64,000 nucleotides of DNA, from the NCBI GenBank assembly GCA_043228905.1, contig JBHGNT010000001.1, positions 28,148,001-28,212,000 on the forward strand, written 5' to 3'. How positions within the stretch are numbered: the first letter of the stretch is position 1; each line of letters starts with the position of its first letter. Positions 51,047 through 61,084 of this stretch are shown here, in pieces. Made by a program: the position numbers and the translations under genes. Under the pieces are notes generated by a model. That model saw only the letters and a program-made list of their open reading frames with translations. It had not been told where the DNA came from and ran no database searches. This DNA is from Azolla caroliniana. Taxonomy: Eukaryota; Plantae; Polypodiophyta.

Positions 51047-52099
51047 TCTTCAGACGTCTCAGGATTTTAATTGCAGGAGACACCCACAAACAAACAAACA
51101 AACAAACAGAAGAAGAAGAGCAGCAGCAGCAGCAGCGATGGTGATGGTGATGGTGATGGTGATGGGGTCAGCGTGAAGAAGGGGAATATACGTGACATGC
51201 AGGCTCTATATTATAATTTATACATACATATTTATATATGTCTGTATGTATGGTATGTATGATATGTACGTAACTTGATGGCTTGGGTCACATATGTAAT
51301 ACATACATACATAATTAATATGTATAATAAATTATGTATAATGATGGCTTGAACCTCGCACATACATACCATACATGATATAATACATACCATATGGCCC
51401 ATACCATACTCCATACTTTTAGTTACGTATCGTGTTTTTCTTATCCGCTAACTGTTTCATTTTTTATTTTAAATTATTCGTCAAACATACATACTGTGTC
51501 TGTCTATTAAACGCTTTATTATTAATGGATTGATAAATGTGGTACTATCTTGTTTTCTCTTATTCATTACTTAAATGTTTTATGTATGTATGTATATGTA
51601 CATAACATAGGAATAAGTAAAAAGTAAGGGCTGCTTCAATCGAATCGAACTCGAGAGTCGAGACCATCGGAGGATTGATTGGCTTGGATTCTCTTGAGTC
51701 TTCTCTCCCTCCTACATGTATGTATGTATGTATGTATGTATATGTATGTACGTATGTACGCTAACCATATGTACATATATAATATACCACTTGGACTTGC
51801 GCAACGTTAAAAAGACATGCTGCAAGAGGACCCTCCTATCTATCACTTCTCACCTGGTTCCCCATCCCAACATTCCACATATAGTGAAAAGCTAGGAAGT
51901 GACTCGAGCGACAGACAGGGTTTCTAGCTTTCCCCCATCCCAACATTCCACCGCTATTGAAGTGTAGTGTCCACGAGGTCATACAACTCCAACATGGTGA
52001 ACATCTTAAACTTCCACAACATGTGCTCCGTTTCGTCAAGCTTCTCCTCCAACGGCACTGGTGGCCGTGGCATTGATACTTGAAATTCTTGCTTCTGAT

Positions 52100-53035
52100 T
52101 TCATTAATTGCCATATCTTAGCTAAAATGCTTCTGCAATCGCAAACCCTTTTTTTAAATAACACCTTTCTTGATAGAGGTTGTTAGATCATGCATTGTGG
52201 AATAGTTTACCGATTCCTTTTTGAGGCAAAGTTTGTGAACTTCGAGTCATTAAGTTGAGATGATAAACAACCATTTAAAATTCACTTTCATGTAGATGAT
52301 AAGGAATGGGTTGATTTTAGTGCAAGACACTATGGTGCTAATTAAAGAAGGATAATGGCAAATTTTATAGATAGGCCTATATTTGATTTGAGATCTCCTA
52401 GAAGTTATAAACTTGTTTGGTTGAAGATTTTCTACATTGAGAATTTTTATTGATTATTTCCTTCATTCTTCACCAAAGGTCGATTGATCATTTGTGGAAT
52501 ATACAAAGCCTTTCTATTGCATATGTGATAACAAGAGATGTCTGTTACAAATTAAATCATAGGCATGAATGGATGGCATATATGCTTTACAAGTTAATTG
52601 GCAGTCTAATATACCCATTGCGTGGTTCCAAGTTGTAATGAAAAGCTATTGTCTAACAGATTTTCAATAATCTTCGTATTGGAGAATTCTTTAAGGTTTT
52701 GAGTCAAGACTGAAAAAATAACTGGAGCATGATTAGAGAAGGTAGTTCTTGACATTATATGTATTGTACCAGTTGCTGACAGAAATTTGCCAGATGAGTA
52801 GAATCTATCCAACCGAGATAAATTAGTACCATTTACACTCCAATTATTTGATATCAAAACAAAAGTGAGGTGTTTGTACGAACCATCTAAGGATCATGCC
52901 AAGCATCTAACATTTGTAAGGAACACACCAATTGTTCCCACATTGTTAATTCATGGCCATGTATTGTGATTGAGCTACCTCCCATTCTATCAATGGGGTT
53001 CTCAAGCATGTTGAAATCACCAATGATACACCATA
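52100..53035 (-). mobile_element. Decayed L1/Tx1-type LINE, APE endonuclease region
   Basis: Minus strand reads WCIIGDFNMLENPIDRMGG (about 53033-52980) and NLSRLDRFY...FSNHAPVIF; stops and frameshifts. Confidence 0.8.
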
Positions 53036-53279
53036 TTTGTTTTTGTTAAGAATTAGGTAGTTAATTCAAGGTTAATTAGTACCTAATTATGTGATTTAGC
53101 TAAGCGGAAGATTAAGTGATATGTGTGTGAGAGGAAGTTACACTTATGAACAATATAAGATCGGGGATGATTAACTCTATATTAAACTAGCATCATCATC
53201 ATCATCAAATACAAAAATACCCACAATGAGGTATATATACATCCATAGCAGTGTTGGGCAAAGTCCCAAGAACAGTGTT

Positions 53280-54060
53280 AGCGTTCCAGTTGGGTTGGGA
53301 CTTTTGCCGGCCAAGGTGGGGGACAACCGGAATTGATTCCAGCCAAGTTTTTCTACCAACCGGAATCTAGCCGGTTCAAAAAATATGAACCGGCTATTTA
53401 TGTTGTTTATGTAAAAAAAAAGGTGAAAAAGAGAACTTCTTATGTATTCTTTTTTTCTTTCCCCCTTTTTACCCCTTTTTACTGTTTTATATTCCCCCTC
53501 TTTTTGTTTTTCTCCCTCTCTATGTCTAATTTCTTGCTCGCTACTCCCGAGTCTAATATACCCATTATGTAGTTGCAATGTGTGTTACATATGGGGTGGT
53601 ATTCTTGTCTTCCATTTAGAGTTAAGGTTTCCATTTAGGGGGTTATGGTTAACAATCGGCAACGGAACCGCAAAACCTCTGCTTAACAGTTTGAACGGTT
53701 CGGTTCGGTTCAGGTTTAGGGTTTTTAAAACGGTTCGGTTCAGTTTTAACAGCCAGAAACCGCGGTTTAAACGGTTTAACCGTTATTTATTTATTTTTAA
53801 ATAAAAAAATTTAAAAATTGTTTTTAAACAATATTTTCATTTTTAGAAAGTTATTCTCACATTTTAGGAACAATCTTAAAAAATTTTAAAAATGAAATAT
53901 TATAAATTTAAAAAATTTTAAAATTAAAAATTAAAAATTTGACGTATGTTGAAAACCGAAACCGAACCACGAAACCACGATTTTTACGGTTTAATGGTTT
54001 AATGGTTTCGTGGTTCGGTTCGGTTCGGTTCAGGTTTCAAATTTTTTTAAACGGTTTGGT
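53280..54060. mobile_element. AACCG/CGGTT-rich non-autonomous element(s), MITE-like, with an AT-rich core
   Basis: Dense cggttcggttc and aaaccgaaaccgaacc clusters flank an A/T-only spacer (about 53790-53940); termini and TSD not resolved. Confidence 0.5.
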
Positions 54061-54103
54061 TGTTAGTTATGGTTGGGGAATTGCTCATTGGATATGCTCT
54101 TCA

Positions 54104-54395
54104 GAAGAGGAATATTGCTTTTGGATTGTTTTTCTTTTGTGCATTAGAGGTGTTCTAAAGAAGAGAGATATTGACTTTGGAGAGTGTTTCTTTTGCACAT
54201 TGGAGATGCTCTAAAGAAGAGGAATATTGCTTTTGGATTGTTTTTCTTTTGTGCATTAGAGGTGTTCTAAAGAAGAGAGATATTGACTTTGGAGAGTGTT
54301 TCTTTTGCACATTGGAGATGCTCTAAAGAAGAGGAATATTGCTTTTGGATTGTGTCTTTTGCGCATTGTCCTTAGAGGAATATTACTTTTGGATT
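54104..54395. repeat. Tandem repeat with a 112-bp unit made of two related subunits of about 56 bp, about 2.5 copies
   Basis: gaagaggaatattgcttttggattg at 54104, 54216 and 54328. Confidence 0.9.
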
Positions 54396-54758
54396 GTCAA
54401 TTCTTAGACACTTTCAAATACATAATAATTGATTTCTCAAGATACGGAGCTTATGACATGTTCGAAGGATGTTGGATACCTTTGTTTTCTATACAAGCAC
54501 AATCGTGATTATATAATAATTTTTTAGCCAATTGAAAGGTAGTTTTCTTTCACAATTTTCAATGTTTGAAAATTCGAGGTTATTCTCATATGAGGGAGGA
54601 AGTTCAAACATGTGTTTTGGTTTACTACCATATTCAAATAACGTAAGGTGTGGCATGATCACATATGGATCCTTAGGGTCTCTTGGTCTTGATATTGTGA
54701 AATGCTCTCAAGAATAACTCCCTTTCCATTACGTTCTAAGTTACATTTTATAGACTAG

Positions 54759-57700
54759 TGTTATATGTTTTATGGTTAGGGTATGATAATGATAAAGATA
54801 GGAATAGGGCTAGCAATGATGGTAGATCGATAATGAATGTGTGATGATGAGAGAGGGCGTGAAGAACAAGACAACCATTGAGGGGTGGGGGGTGGTGCCT
54901 AGAATGGCTCCACCCCCCTCCTAAGGGGGTTCAACGTTAAGGGGAGAGAGAGGAAGAGAGATGACAAAGAGAGAGAGAGAGATTAAGAGAGAAATGTTCA
55001 TTCATCTTTCATTCATTTCCCATAAGGGGTTAAATAGGTACAAAGGGGTAGATCCACAAGGGTGCAAGCCCCCTTGGCATTCACACCTAGTCACTCACTC
55101 ACACCTCTTTGTATCTACCACACTCACACTTACATTCACACTCATAATTGTATAAAATCACACAAACATATCAACACATTACATCTTTCACCCTCACTTA
55201 TCACATTTATCAATCACCCATACATCTCGTACGGTAACACAATATCGCACGCCTGTGGGAGAGTGCCTTGCACGTCGATCCCACATGCCTTGATCATAAT
55301 TTTTCTTTGACTGGAATTTCCATCGGTCCTCTCAACGATCGACTCCCTCGATCAGAGCGCTTGACTCGAACATCTCCGTCGGTCAGCGACTCTTCTGTGA
55401 CACGAACATTCTTGTTCTGTCGACTTATGAACTTTGGTAACATCAACGATCGACTCCCTCGATCGGAGCGCTTGACTTGAACATCTCTGTCGGTCAGCGA
55501 ATCTTCATCAGTTCACGAACTTCGGTAACATCATTTGGGTTGTCAAAAAATGTTGTATGTATGTGTGTTCCTTTTGTTCATTTTGTGAGTTGTGTGTTGA
55601 TCGCGTCCATTTCTTTTAGGTTGATGAGTTTTCAAATTTTCGTAGGTGCCCTTTGATTTTTAAAATTTGTATTATATACCCTCGAGTTTTGAAAATTTCA
55701 TTCAGTACCCCCAGGTTTATGAAATTTTAGACTGCTACCCTCAACATTTAAAATTTCTTCAGGTGCCCCTTATCATTCTCTTTTTCCCTCTTTTTTTCTT
55801 TTCTTGTTTCCTTCTTTTTTTTCTCTTACTTCTTGTTTTCTTCTTCTTCAACGTCTCTTCCTCTGTGTTTTCTATTTCTTCTTCCCTTTCTCTATTTCTT
55901 TCCTTCATCTCCGTTTTCTGTTTCTTCTTCCTTCTTTCACCACCGCTATGTCCGTTGTCCGTGCCTGTCATGCTTTGTTCTTGTGTGTTGTTGTGTGTCG
56001 TTGCGTCTATACGGCCTTCTCGGTTCATCTCCGTCTCTGTCTCTGTTTTCGTTTCTGTTTTCATCTCTGGCTCCATCGCCGTCACCGTCACCGTTGTCAT
56101 CACCATCACCATCACCATCTGTCGTCGTTGTTTGTCCGTCACTGTCGTCTGTTGGTTAGTCCTCGTCCAACGCTGTCTATCTGTGTCTCTGACTCTGTCT
56201 GGTCCGTCTGTCAGAACTGGCCGTCATTGTCTTTCCAGCCCTCTAGCCACTATTCGGTTGTCCGGTCCGTCGTTTCAACGTCATCACCGTTCCGGCCATC
56301 GGCTGTCCGGCCATTCCTGTCGCTTTTCGACGTGGTGTCGCCGTTCTGGTTGCTCTCTAGCCGCTCCGGCTGTTTGTCCGGTTGCTGATTTTTGCTGTCG
56401 CTGGTTGTCCGTGTCCGACCCTATCTCCCGGTCCTCCGTTCGTTTGTCTGGCCCATCCGGTCCGGCCATCTTCGTTGCTAATTTTTCGCCGCCGTTGCTG
56501 ATTATTTGCTGCCACTTCCGGTCGTTGTTCAGCTATTGTCCCAACCATTTGTCCGTTGTCTTCTGGTCGTGCGTTCGGTCTGTCCTCTTGGCCGCCTGTC
56601 TGCTTCCCCGGCCTTGTCCGACCCTCCGGCCGCTCCGGCTGCTACTGCCACTGTCCGGCTATTCCGATTGGTTTCCGGCCCTTCTGACCGCTCTTTCCAC
56701 TCAACGGAGCGATTTATTCATTAGGAATTTCTATTGATACTTATATAGAGGAAGTAGACTTCCATGTAATGAATCTTTCTACCACCGATGTAATACTGGG
56801 TTATCCCTGGTTTTATAATAAAAACTCTTCTTTATCTATTGATTGGGTTCATCATTCAATTACATTTGTACTGAACAATTGTACTCATTTTATTCAATGT
56901 GTAAAAAAACAATCCCTCTCGATTGTTTCCTCGTGTCCATCAATATCCGAGTTGTCTTGTTCTACTCTATTTTACTGTGTACTTGATCCGGACATTCACG
57001 TTTACAATATCGATAATGTCTCGGTTCAATTAACATATTTTGAACAACAACAACTTGATGAAATCTTAAATGATTTTCGTGATGTTTTTACGAGTGAACT
57101 ACCAGATGGCTTACCTCCTAAACGTAATATGGACCATCGTATAGAAATTGTACCTGGTGTTGCACCAATAAGTATACCTCCTTATCGCTTAAGTCGATCC
57201 GAAGAGGATGAGGTAGCTAAGCAACTCAAGGACTATTTACGAATGGGTTATATATGTTATAGCAAATCTCCATGGGGGGCACCAATTCTCTTGGTTAAAA
57301 AGAAAGAGGGCACATGGCGTATGTGTATTAATTACCGACGCTTGAATAAAGTGACGATCAAGAATTCGTATCTATTGCCCCGGGCTGACGATCTAATTGA
57401 CCGTCTTCAGGGAGCTCGGTATTTTACGAAACTTGATCTCCATACTGGCTACCATCAAATTCGTATAAGTGAGGACAATGTTCCTAAAACGGCATTTCGT
57501 ACGCGCTGTGGCCATTATGAGTTTCTGGTTATGCCTTTTGGTTTGACCAATGCTCCGGCTACATTTCAACAAGAAATGAATGACATTTTCCGAGAACAAC
57601 TTGGAAAATTTGTCGTTATTTTCTTGGATGATATTTGAGTTTATAGTCGTACATTACAAGAACATGTTAAACATGTCCGCTTTGTTTTACAAACATTGCG

Positions 57701-57770
57701 TGACAAACAGTTTTATGCGAAGATCTCAAAATGTGAGTTCTTCAAGAAATGAATTACTTATCTTGGACAT
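54759..57770 (+). mobile_element. Defective Ty3/Gypsy element A (chromovirus/Tf2-like): putative 5' LTR 54759-55239, no recognisable gag, pol interrupted at 57770 by a nested insertion
   Basis: TGTTA...TAACA termini with a TATA-like taaatagg; pol homology from about 56740 to 57770. Confidence 0.75.
56740..57770 (+). pseudogene. pol fragment of element A (protease C-terminus plus reverse transcriptase)
   Basis: [84 protein letters not shown] followed by a premature TGA at 57636-57638. Confidence 0.9.
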
Positions 57771-57810
57771 TGTAAACGTAAGTGTTTGCGGAAGCGTAAA
57801 ATAGAGAACA

Positions 57811-57849
<39 letters not shown>

Positions 57850-58119
57850 AGAACGTAATTTCCAAAATTATATGAAGACTCTACACATACACACTGTGCT
57901 AAGTAGCACTATTTATACAAGTCCTCTTGGGATTGACAGAAGTACCATGTACTTCAATGCTCACACGAGCATCTGACACTTACTACGAGACTATAGATAC
58001 CTAGTAGTCTATCCTATTCTAGGCTTCCGATTGGACTGCCGGTTACGGATTGCACCCGGCCTCCACTACTTGCCGGTTCGGTTGCTCACCGTCATACCGA
58101 ACCGTTTCGCCCGATCCGT
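57771..58119 (-). mobile_element. Part of the LTR of a second element B in reverse orientation, inserted into the RT of A and itself interrupted by element C
   Basis: Abrupt break of RT homology at tgtaaacg; minus strand reads TATA box gtataaatag, a (CT)n tract and terminal ...ttccgcaaacacttacgtttaCA. Confidence 0.65.
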
Positions 58120-58917
58120 TGTCGCGAAGAAAACCGTCCATAGGCGGAATCGGCGCACCTAGGCGTGGGAACCGGTTCTTCACGCGCGCAAGCTCCAAGT
58201 TGTACATAAAAGCGAATCAGGAGGATAATCGGCAGGAACGGGCCCTAACACAAGTGGAGACAAACACCGCGCGAACAGTCTTCTCGGTCGCGCGCGCGAG
58301 TTAAGGAACTGTACGGGTCGGCGGCGTAACTACGCGGATGCGTGAAGAACGGAGCGGATCCCTGTCCAAAAGGGACAGGGAATAAAGCTGACAGGACGGC
58401 CTGCTCGTCGGCCTATATAAGGAGCAGGAAAGAGCTGTTGCAGGGATCTCCCGGGCAGAGAGGACGAAGTGCTGTCGGACCGTTTCTGGACGCTTCTCTC
58501 TCTGTTTCCTTCCTTCTTGAGCCCCATAGCTTTCTGTGCAGGGTTCCGAGGAGGCTCGCGCTGTTTCGAGGAACGCCCGAGTGCTTCCGGCAGCACCTCC
58601 GACCTGCTACCCCGTTTGTGCGTCGACGCGAACAGGCATCAGCATCTGTTCGCCGGCCTGTTCGGTTGTAACCAACCTGTGCCCCATCGAGGGTTGTAGT
58701 CGTGTTAGCAATTTTGATAATATACATATTTAGTCGTTCGCGTCTGTCTGTGTCGGTGTCTGGTCGCGTTCTCCGTGCTGAAGGGCCGTGTCCCTGTGTA
58801 TCCCCGGTCCTGCGTAGTCGGTTCTCTCTCTTCCTCCTCCCTCGCTTGCTCTTTGGTTCGAGACCCCCGCGGTCCCGCCTCATCTCCACACGCACTTGCG
58901 AAATATCTCGACATCTT

Positions 58918-58935
58918 TGGTGAACCCGACGTGAA
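58918..58935 (+). other. Primer-binding site complementary to the 3' end of tRNA-Trp
   Basis: TGGTGAACCCGACGTGAA is the reverse complement of ...TTCACGTCGGGTTCA-CCA, the plant cytosolic tRNA-Trp 3' end as recalled. Confidence 0.85.
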
Positions 58936-58957
58936 AGAGGCGGCAGAAGAGCAGAAG

Positions 58958-61084
58958 ATGAGGGGGTCGGATCTCGCAGAGGCCATGGCTTCGGCCGTGG
59001 ATCGGATTGTAAACGCGCGCGAGATCACCGGTGCCCTCGACAGAGCTATTGAGGCGGTCGTCGGCACGATCGGCCGGTTCGATGGGAAGGATGCCACGAA
59101 GTATTTGGCGTCCTACGGTGCAGAGATGCTGATGCGGGACATTCCGGAAGAAAGGCGTCTTGCCGGATTTCCCCGAGTAGCGATGCCGAGCATCCATGCG
59201 GAGGTGCTCGAGGTGCGGACGGAGAGCCGTACCTGGGAGGAGTTCGAAGGTCGGCTCCTAGAGAAATACGGGCTGGACGACGCGCTCCGGCTTTCGAAGC
59301 GAAGGTTCATGGAATGGGTGGAGTCCCCGGGGAAGGGAAGAAACGCGTCGGCGCTCCTCCGGGAGTTCGAGGAAAACTTTGCGCGCCTTTCGGCGCTCGA
59401 CCGAACCATCCTGGACACGAGCCGGGTCTTGCTGTTTGTCAAGTCGGTCGATGAGCGGGATCGGGAGCAAGTGGGCCTCTTGCTGGAAACCGAAGACGGG
59501 CTCACTACCGACTGGGCGGCTGTCAGGAAGGTCTGTGGCCGTTTCGACAAACGGCGAGAGTGGGCGGATAACGGGGCGACCGGGTCGGGCTCGGTCGCAG
59601 CGAGGAAGCTCGAACCAGCGCCACAGGTGCGCAAGGAAGAGACCCGGGGGTGGTTGGAAACCGGTTCGGCTTCGACCGGCGTAGTCAGAGGCTCAACCGG
59701 AGGAGCGGCGCTGGAGGAATTGACGAAGGCGATAAAGGACCTCCAAATCGCGCAGGCTCGAAGGGAAGGAGGCGAACCGGCTCGTGACCGACGGCCGGCG
59801 GCAGGAAACAGGTGCATGTGGTGCGATGAAGTCGGCCACATTCGGAAGGACTGCGGCGACTTCGCGGAGGCGCTGAGGGACAGGGTGGTGTACCTGTGGG
59901 AAGGACGGGTGCATGCCAGCGACACCCGAAGGGCCCTGAGCCGAAACGACGGAAAAGGTGGTATGAAAGGGTTGATGGAAGAGGCGGTGGCCCGACACGC
60001 GGAAACCGTCCACTACTCGGCGTCGGCCGGCATTCGAGTCGGGGGCGGCGAGGCCCGAAGGGAAAGCAAAGCCGGATTCTGGCCGACGATGCTGGAAGGC
60101 CTGGCCGGTGCAAGGCTTAAAGGGGAGGAATCGGACCGTGCGGAGAAACGGGTACGGGAGATGACCGGGTGGAGCGACCCGGTCGAGGAAAGGACGGGCT
60201 TCGTGGAAGCCGCTTGCCAGAACTACGAGGCTCTGGTAGAAGAGAAGCGGGTGGGGAGACCCGGGACGACCGGGCCCTCGCAACGATACGAGACCCGGTC
60301 CGGGCCACGACGGGACGAAGCCGGCGGGGCCGGTACGCAAGATAAACCCCAGAAGGGCGGGTACCGTCTGGGGACGGAGATAGAAAGGACCACGGACTTA
60401 CGAAAGGTCCTGGAGGAACGGATCCTCGACAGCAAGGTGGAGCTGTCGTTACGAGAGGTGCTGGGAATCGCCAAGAAGGAGTTCCACGACTCCATCGTGG
60501 ACTTGGTGAAACGGAAGAGGCTGTCGACGGAGACAGAACCGGGAAGACCGGTGGAAGTGCGGACGACGCACCTAGACGACATGGCACTGGGAGACGAGTG
60601 GGCGGAAAGCCACTATTCGAGACCACACTGGGCCCGAGCGACCACGGAAACCCCGGTGAAGATCGGCGATGTCCAGGAACAGGTGATAGCTTTGGTGGAC
60701 CACGGATCGGAGATCAATTTGATGTCCATGGACTTCTATAAGAAGGGCAAATGGCCGATCAACACCAAGCACGGGTGGAAAATAAGGGTAGCGACGCGCG
60801 CCACCGAGGAACTGCACGGGGCCTGTCCAAATGTGCGAGTCAAGATCGGCGACGTCGAGATTGACCAGCACTTCTTCGTGCAGGAGACGTCTTCGCATCC
60901 GGTCATTCTGGGAGAGCCGTACATCACGGCGGCGCGAATGGAGACCAAAGTACTGGACAATGGTTCGGCCTACGCAAGGGTCAAAAGCCAAGACGGGCGC
61001 CATTCGGTCCAGTTTCTGACGGTACGGCCGAACCACGAACGTAACCGCGATTCCCTCGGTTCCGAAAACCGAGAGGATTTTTAG
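58958..61084 (+). CDS. gag: Gag-protease polyprotein of element C
   Basis: ATG at 58958 shortly after the PBS; RFDGKDATKYL capsid-like motif; zinc knuckle CMWCDEVGHIRKDC; aspartic protease ALVDHGSEINLM...VILGEPY. Confidence 0.9.
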   Translation: MRGSDLAEAMASAVDRIVNAREITGALDRAIEAVVGTIGRFDGKDATKYLASYGAEMLMRDIPEERRLAGFPRVAMPSIHAEVLEVRTESRTWEEFEGRLLEKYGLDDALRLSKRRFMEWVESPGKGRNASALLREFEENFARLSALDRTILDTSRVLLFVKSVDERDREQVGLLLETEDGLTTDWAAVRKVCGRFDKRREWADNGATGSGSVAARKLEPAPQVRKEETRGWLETGSASTGVVRGSTGGAALEELTKAIKDLQIAQARREGGEPARDRRPAAGNRCMWCDEVGHIRKDCGDFAEALRDRVVYLWEGRVHASDTRRALSRNDGKGGMKGLMEEAVARHAETVHYSASAGIRVGGGEARRESKAGFWPTMLEGLAGARLKGEESDRAEKRVREMTGWSDPVEERTGFVEAACQNYEALVEEKRVGRPGTTGPSQRYETRSGPRRDEAGGAGTQDKPQKGGYRLGTEIERTTDLRKVLEERILDSKVELSLREVLGIAKKEFHDSIVDLVKRKRLSTETEPGRPVEVRTTHLDDMALGDEWAESHYSRPHWARATTETPVKIGDVQEQVIALVDHGSEINLMSMDFYKKGKWPINTKHGWKIRVATRATEELHGACPNVRVKIGDVEIDQHFFVQETSSHPVILGEPYITAARMETKVLDNGSAYARVKSQDGRHSVQFLTVRPNHERNRDSLGSENREDF

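Noticed and set aside
54104-54395. Possible repeat-spacer array
   Set aside because: Whole 112-bp units are duplicated, with no unique spacers.
55667-56737. 356-aa ORF and overlapping antisense ORFs
   Set aside because: Low-complexity, A-poor sequence lacks stops by composition; no domain motifs; lies inside a retroelement.
58775-58957. N-terminal extension of the 769-aa gag ORF
   Set aside because: Starts at a non-ATG codon inside the LTR and spans the PBS; the ATG at 58958 is more plausible.
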